32,000 nt of DNA from Moraxella nasicaprae (GTDB taxonomy: Bacteria > Pseudomonadota > Gammaproteobacteria > Pseudomonadales > Moraxellaceae), in NCBI RefSeq assembly GCF_025643275.1, contig NZ_CP089977.1:1350001-1382000 (forward strand). The letters run 5' to 3'. Shown piece after piece: positions 28,884-32,000 of this stretch (position 1 is the stretch's first letter; each line of letters begins with the position of its first letter). Position numbers and translations under genes: made by a program. A model generated the notes under the pieces. The model was not told the DNA's origin. It ran no database searches and worked only from the letters and a program-made list of their open reading frames with translations.

Positions 28884-31055
28884 ATGTCAAAACAATATTT
28901 ATTATCAGGATTGTCGGTGGCGGTTGCTGGGGCGGTGTTTGCCAGCAGTTTTTCTAGTATTGCCAGTGCCGCAGATAGAGCGGCATTTGAGCCAACGCCA
29001 GAGCAGCGAGTTACCGCTCGTCAAGTTGCCATTTTACTTGACCGTTCACATTATACCAAACAGGCGTTGAACGAAGAAATGGGGGCGAAGATTTTGGCGA
29101 TGTATTTTGATAAGCTCGACCCAAATCGCACGCTATTTTTACAGTCGGACATTGATGAATTTACCCAAAAATACGCCCAAAGCTATGCCGAACGCCTAAA
29201 ACGAGGCGACTTGACCGCAGGCATTGAGATTTTTGAACGCTATCGCACTCGTTCCAATGAATATTATGATGCTGCCAAAGCATTTTTGGCGACAGATGTC
29301 AATTTGAACACCAATCAAAGCATTGTGCTAGACCGTGAAGATGCTCAGCGTTTCACCAGCAAGCAAGAGCAATTGGCATATTGGCAAAATCAAACCGCCT
29401 ATGCCCTGATTGGCATCACGCTAAGCCAAGAAGATGACAAAGAAAAAGATAAAGCATATCTGGATAATCCAGAATTGTCTCGTGGACAGGATTTGGTCAA
29501 GGCAGAAAGTCGTACGCCTGTGCAGATTTTGACCAATCGTCTCAACCGCCAACAAGAACAGCTTGCTCGCCTAAAAAATGACGAAATCATGGAGCATATT
29601 TTAGATGCGGCGACTTCTACCTATGACCCACACAGTAATTATTATGCTCCTGTGCAAGCTCAGGACATGCAAATCCAAAGTAGCTTACAGCTTGAAGGTA
29701 TTGGCGTGTCGATTCGCCCTGACCGCAAAAATCCTGATTACATTCGCATCATCAGCATTGTTGATGGCGGGCCTGCGGCAACTTCTGGGCAGATTCGTGC
29801 CAATGACTTGATTTTGGGTGTTGCCCAAGAGGGCGAAGAGATGGTGGACACCATTGGCTTCACCACTCGTGAAATCGTGGCATTGATTCGTGGTAAGCGT
29901 GGCACCAGCGTGACCATCAAGGTAAAACAGCCAAATGCCCCAGATTCTCAGGCTCGCACCGTCACTTTGGTGCGTGATGTCATTAAACAAGATGAATCAG
30001 GTGTGCAGCACCGTGTGGTTGAACTGCCTTATGAAGGTGGTATCAAAAAAGTGGGTGTGATTGAGATTCCAAGTTTTTATTTGGATTTTAAGGCTCGCCG
30101 TGAAGGGCTTGATGTCAGCGAGTATCGCAGCGTGAGTGCCGATACCGAAAAAGCGATTAAGGCGTTAAATGCACAGGGCATTGATGGCTTGGTGGTCGAT
30201 TTGCGTAACAATCCTGGTGGCTCGCTTGATGAAGTTGCCAAAATGCTTGGATTGTTCATCAAAGAAGGGCCGTTGGTGCAGATTCGAGACAATCGTGGCA
30301 ATGTGCAGATTTATACCGATAAAGATGGTGGTAAACAACTTTATCAAGGCGATTTGTCGGTGCTGATTAATTTAGGTTCAGCTTCTGCCAGTGAGATTTT
30401 TGCCGCCGCCATTCAAGATTATGGTTTGGGCTTGATTGTTGGTAGTACCACCACAGGTAAAGGCTCAGCACAATCACAGCGAGACGATGTGGCACTAGGT
30501 TCAATGACCATCACACAACGCAAGTTTTATCGTGTCAATGGTGGTAGCACCCAAAACAAGGGTGTTGTACCTGATATTGAGCTGGTTAATATCTATGAGG
30601 GCATGGAATTTGGCGAACGAGAATATAAGAATCCATTGCCTTGGGATACCATCAAATCGACCAATTTTGTCGCTGAGGGCAAGTATTCTCAGGCTTTGCT
30701 AAACACGCTGTCAGAGCAATCTTTGGCTCGTCAAGCACAAGACCCGCAGTTCATCTATCTAAGTAAGCTCAACGAGATTCGTGCGATTGATGATGACAAA
30801 AAACCTGTGGACATCAATTTGGATAAACGCCGTGCCAAGATAAAACTCATCGAAGAAAAAACCTTGGCGGCTGAAAATGCTCGCCGTCAAGCCACAGGCG
30901 AAGCCCCTTATTTGACTTGGTCGATTTATCAAGCCAGCCAAGATGCCATCGCTGAGGAGCGTGGTGCGATGAAAGAAAATGAACGACCAAAATTGCCAGA
31001 GAGCGAAGCCTATATTTTAGAGGCTGCACGCTTGATGTTCGATGCCAAAAAATAA
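28884..31055 (+). CDS. prc: Tail-specific (C-terminal processing) protease, S41 family with PDZ domain
   Basis: 723 aa from the second ATG, 6 nt after CAGGA. Signal peptide ...FSSIASA. DLRNNPGG and GSASASEIFA (catalytic Ser) are present, plus a long Prc-type C-terminal extension. Confidence 0.93.
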   Translation: MSKQYLLSGLSVAVAGAVFASSFSSIASAADRAAFEPTPEQRVTARQVAILLDRSHYTKQALNEEMGAKILAMYFDKLDPNRTLFLQSDIDEFTQKYAQSYAERLKRGDLTAGIEIFERYRTRSNEYYDAAKAFLATDVNLNTNQSIVLDREDAQRFTSKQEQLAYWQNQTAYALIGITLSQEDDKEKDKAYLDNPELSRGQDLVKAESRTPVQILTNRLNRQQEQLARLKNDEIMEHILDAATSTYDPHSNYYAPVQAQDMQIQSSLQLEGIGVSIRPDRKNPDYIRIISIVDGGPAATSGQIRANDLILGVAQEGEEMVDTIGFTTREIVALIRGKRGTSVTIKVKQPNAPDSQARTVTLVRDVIKQDESGVQHRVVELPYEGGIKKVGVIEIPSFYLDFKARREGLDVSEYRSVSADTEKAIKALNAQGIDGLVVDLRNNPGGSLDEVAKMLGLFIKEGPLVQIRDNRGNVQIYTDKDGGKQLYQGDLSVLINLGSASASEIFAAAIQDYGLGLIVGSTTTGKGSAQSQRDDVALGSMTITQRKFYRVNGGSTQNKGVVPDIELVNIYEGMEFGEREYKNPLPWDTIKSTNFVAEGKYSQALLNTLSEQSLARQAQDPQFIYLSKLNEIRAIDDDKKPVDINLDKRRAKIKLIEEKTLAAENARRQATGEAPYLTWSIYQASQDAIAEERGAMKENERPKLPESEAYILEAARLMFDAKK

Positions 31056-31066
31056 TCGTTCATACC

Positions 31067-31114
31067 ATTCTTGCCAAGTTGGATGAATGCTTGGCAAGAA
31101 TTTGTGATTTTTTG
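31067..31114 (+). terminator. Rho-independent terminator after prc
   Basis: ATTCTTGCCAAG (31067-31078) pairs with CTTGGCAAGAAT (31090-31101), followed by TTGTGATTTTTTG. Confidence 0.8.
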
Positions 31115-31115
31115 C

Positions 31116-31144
31116 TTGACTTTTGGCGGTGAATTTGATTTAAT
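31116..31144 (+). promoter_or_regulatory. Putative tRNA-Phe promoter
   Basis: TTGACT (31116-31121), a 17-nt spacer, then TTTAAT (31139-31144), followed by a GC-rich discriminator-like AGTCGCC. Confidence 0.5.
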
Positions 31145-31171
31145 AGTCGCCATTGTTGATAGACAATGCTT

Positions 31172-31247
31172 GGCGTGATAGCTCAGTCGGTAGAGCAACG
31201 GATTGAAAATCCGTGTGTCGGCAGTTCGATCCTGCCTCTCGCCACCA
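31172..31247 (+). tRNA. tRNA-Phe (anticodon GAA)
   Basis: 76 nt with a cloverleaf fold: D arm GCTC/GAGC, anticodon loop TTGAAAA, T arm GGCAG-TTCGATC-CTGCC, encoded CCA. The acceptor stem has one U5-U68 mismatch. Confidence 0.93.
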
Positions 31248-31253
31248 TATTAA

Positions 31254-31290
31254 AAAACCCCTGTTTTTGAACAGGGGTTTTTCTTTTTTC
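31254..31290. terminator. Bidirectional terminator (tRNA-Phe and the EamA gene)
   Basis: AAAACCCCTGTT (31254-31265) pairs with AACAGGGGTTTT (31271-31282), followed by TCTTTTTT. Confidence 0.85.
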
Positions 31291-31292
31291 GA

Positions 31293-32000
31293 TTAACCGA
31301 TGGGCGATTTGCTCAGCCATCGCCACGGCTGCAATGCACCAATACCCATGCCAATCAATCCGCACAACATCATTGGGCTTAATGTCTCGTTCAGTAGCGG
31401 TACAGCCACCACTGCCGCCACAAATGGTGCAAGTGTGGCAATGCTACCTGCCTTGAACAGTCCGATTTTTTCAACCGCTTTGGCGTAGGTAAGTGTGGCA
31501 ATGATGACCACAAAGATACCATGAAAAATTGCCTGTGTGAATAATTGGGCAGGCTTAGCAAGGTGTAACTGTGGCGTGAAAAACAGCCCATAAATCGGCA
31601 AATAAATGATGGCAGAATATGTCGCAATGCCACTGACAATTTGCCAAGGGGTGAATTTCCACAGTCGTAGCATCACCGAAAACAGCCCCCAAAAAACAGC
31701 ACTACACAAAAACATCACATCGCCAAACCCAAATCCAGCAGGGTCATTGACCATCATCAACCCCATCAAGGTCAACGTGCAAATAATGATGGCAAAGCTA
31801 AGCATGGTCGAGCGGTCAAGGCGTTGCCCAAGCAGGACATAGGCGATGATGGCGGTAAATAGAGGAAAAGTGCCATTTAAAAATACCACACCATGTGCCA
31901 CAGGTGCATAAAAAAATCCACTATACACAAAAAAGCAGTAACCAACACTACCGACCATCGCCAATAAGGGTATGCGATAATCAAATAAAAATCGATAATC
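31293..32000 (-). CDS. EamA/DMT-family transporter, 5' end beyond the window
   Basis: Polytopic hydrophobic protein with EamA-like helices. The frame stays open upstream of the track start (31964, a TTG) to base 32000. Family members are usually about 290-300 aa. Confidence 0.8.
   Translation of the reverse strand, partial: DYRFLFDYRIPLLAMVGSVGYCFFVYSGFFYAPVAHGVVFLNGTFPLFTAIIAYVLLGQRLDRSTMLSFAIIICTLTLMGLMMVNDPAGFGFGDVMFLCSAVFWGLFSVMLRLWKFTPWQIVSGIATYSAIIYLPIYGLFFTPQLHLAKPAQLFTQAIFHGIFVVIIATLTYAKAVEKIGLFKAGSIATLAPFVAAVVAVPLLNETLSPMMLCGLIGMGIGALQPWRWLSKSPIG

Noticed and set aside
31010-31365. Minus-strand ORFs at 31010-31198 and 31183-31365, which overlap the tRNA-Phe gene and terminators.
   Set aside because: They overlap a well-supported tRNA and hairpins, and nothing supports them as coding.

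Overview
The window looks like a chromosomal, mostly core-metabolism stretch of a moderately AT-rich gammaproteobacterium. A Moraxellaceae-type origin is my inference from the tmRNA tag ANDETYALAA and the protein sequences. No search was run.

Gene order:
- rpoC (5'-truncated by the window edge), serA and gor.
- A frameshifted Cof-type HAD phosphatase gene, then tmRNA (ssrA).
- A secreted WG-repeat protein, then glnD-map.
- A small TIGR01244/DUF442-type phosphatase-like gene, then fadH and glyA.
- An orphan ubiC, then the glyoxylate-shunt pair aceA-glcB.
- A poorly characterised minus-strand envelope cluster: a 3-TM protein, a lipoprotein and a membrane-anchored S33 alpha/beta hydrolase.
- An AmiD-like amidase lipoprotein, an orphan arginase-family ureohydrolase, nagZ and prc.
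- tRNA-Phe and a 5'-truncated EamA/DMT transporter gene.

I found no integrase, transposase, CRISPR array, restriction-modification system, toxin-antitoxin pair or other canonical mobile or defence hallmark.

The observations most worth a second look are:
1. The HAD gene is split across two frames in a way best explained by an 11-nt deletion between 8-bp direct repeats.
2. An approximately 115-bp promoter/RBS/MKLAKFL-start/terminator module is duplicated 1001 bp apart around the lipoprotein gene. The same terminator hairpin follows three consecutive genes.
3. A palindromic REP-like element with mutually complementary loops lies between aceA and glcB.

The only candidate for an undescribed system is the 22.1-25.0 kb envelope cluster, and the evidence for it is modest.
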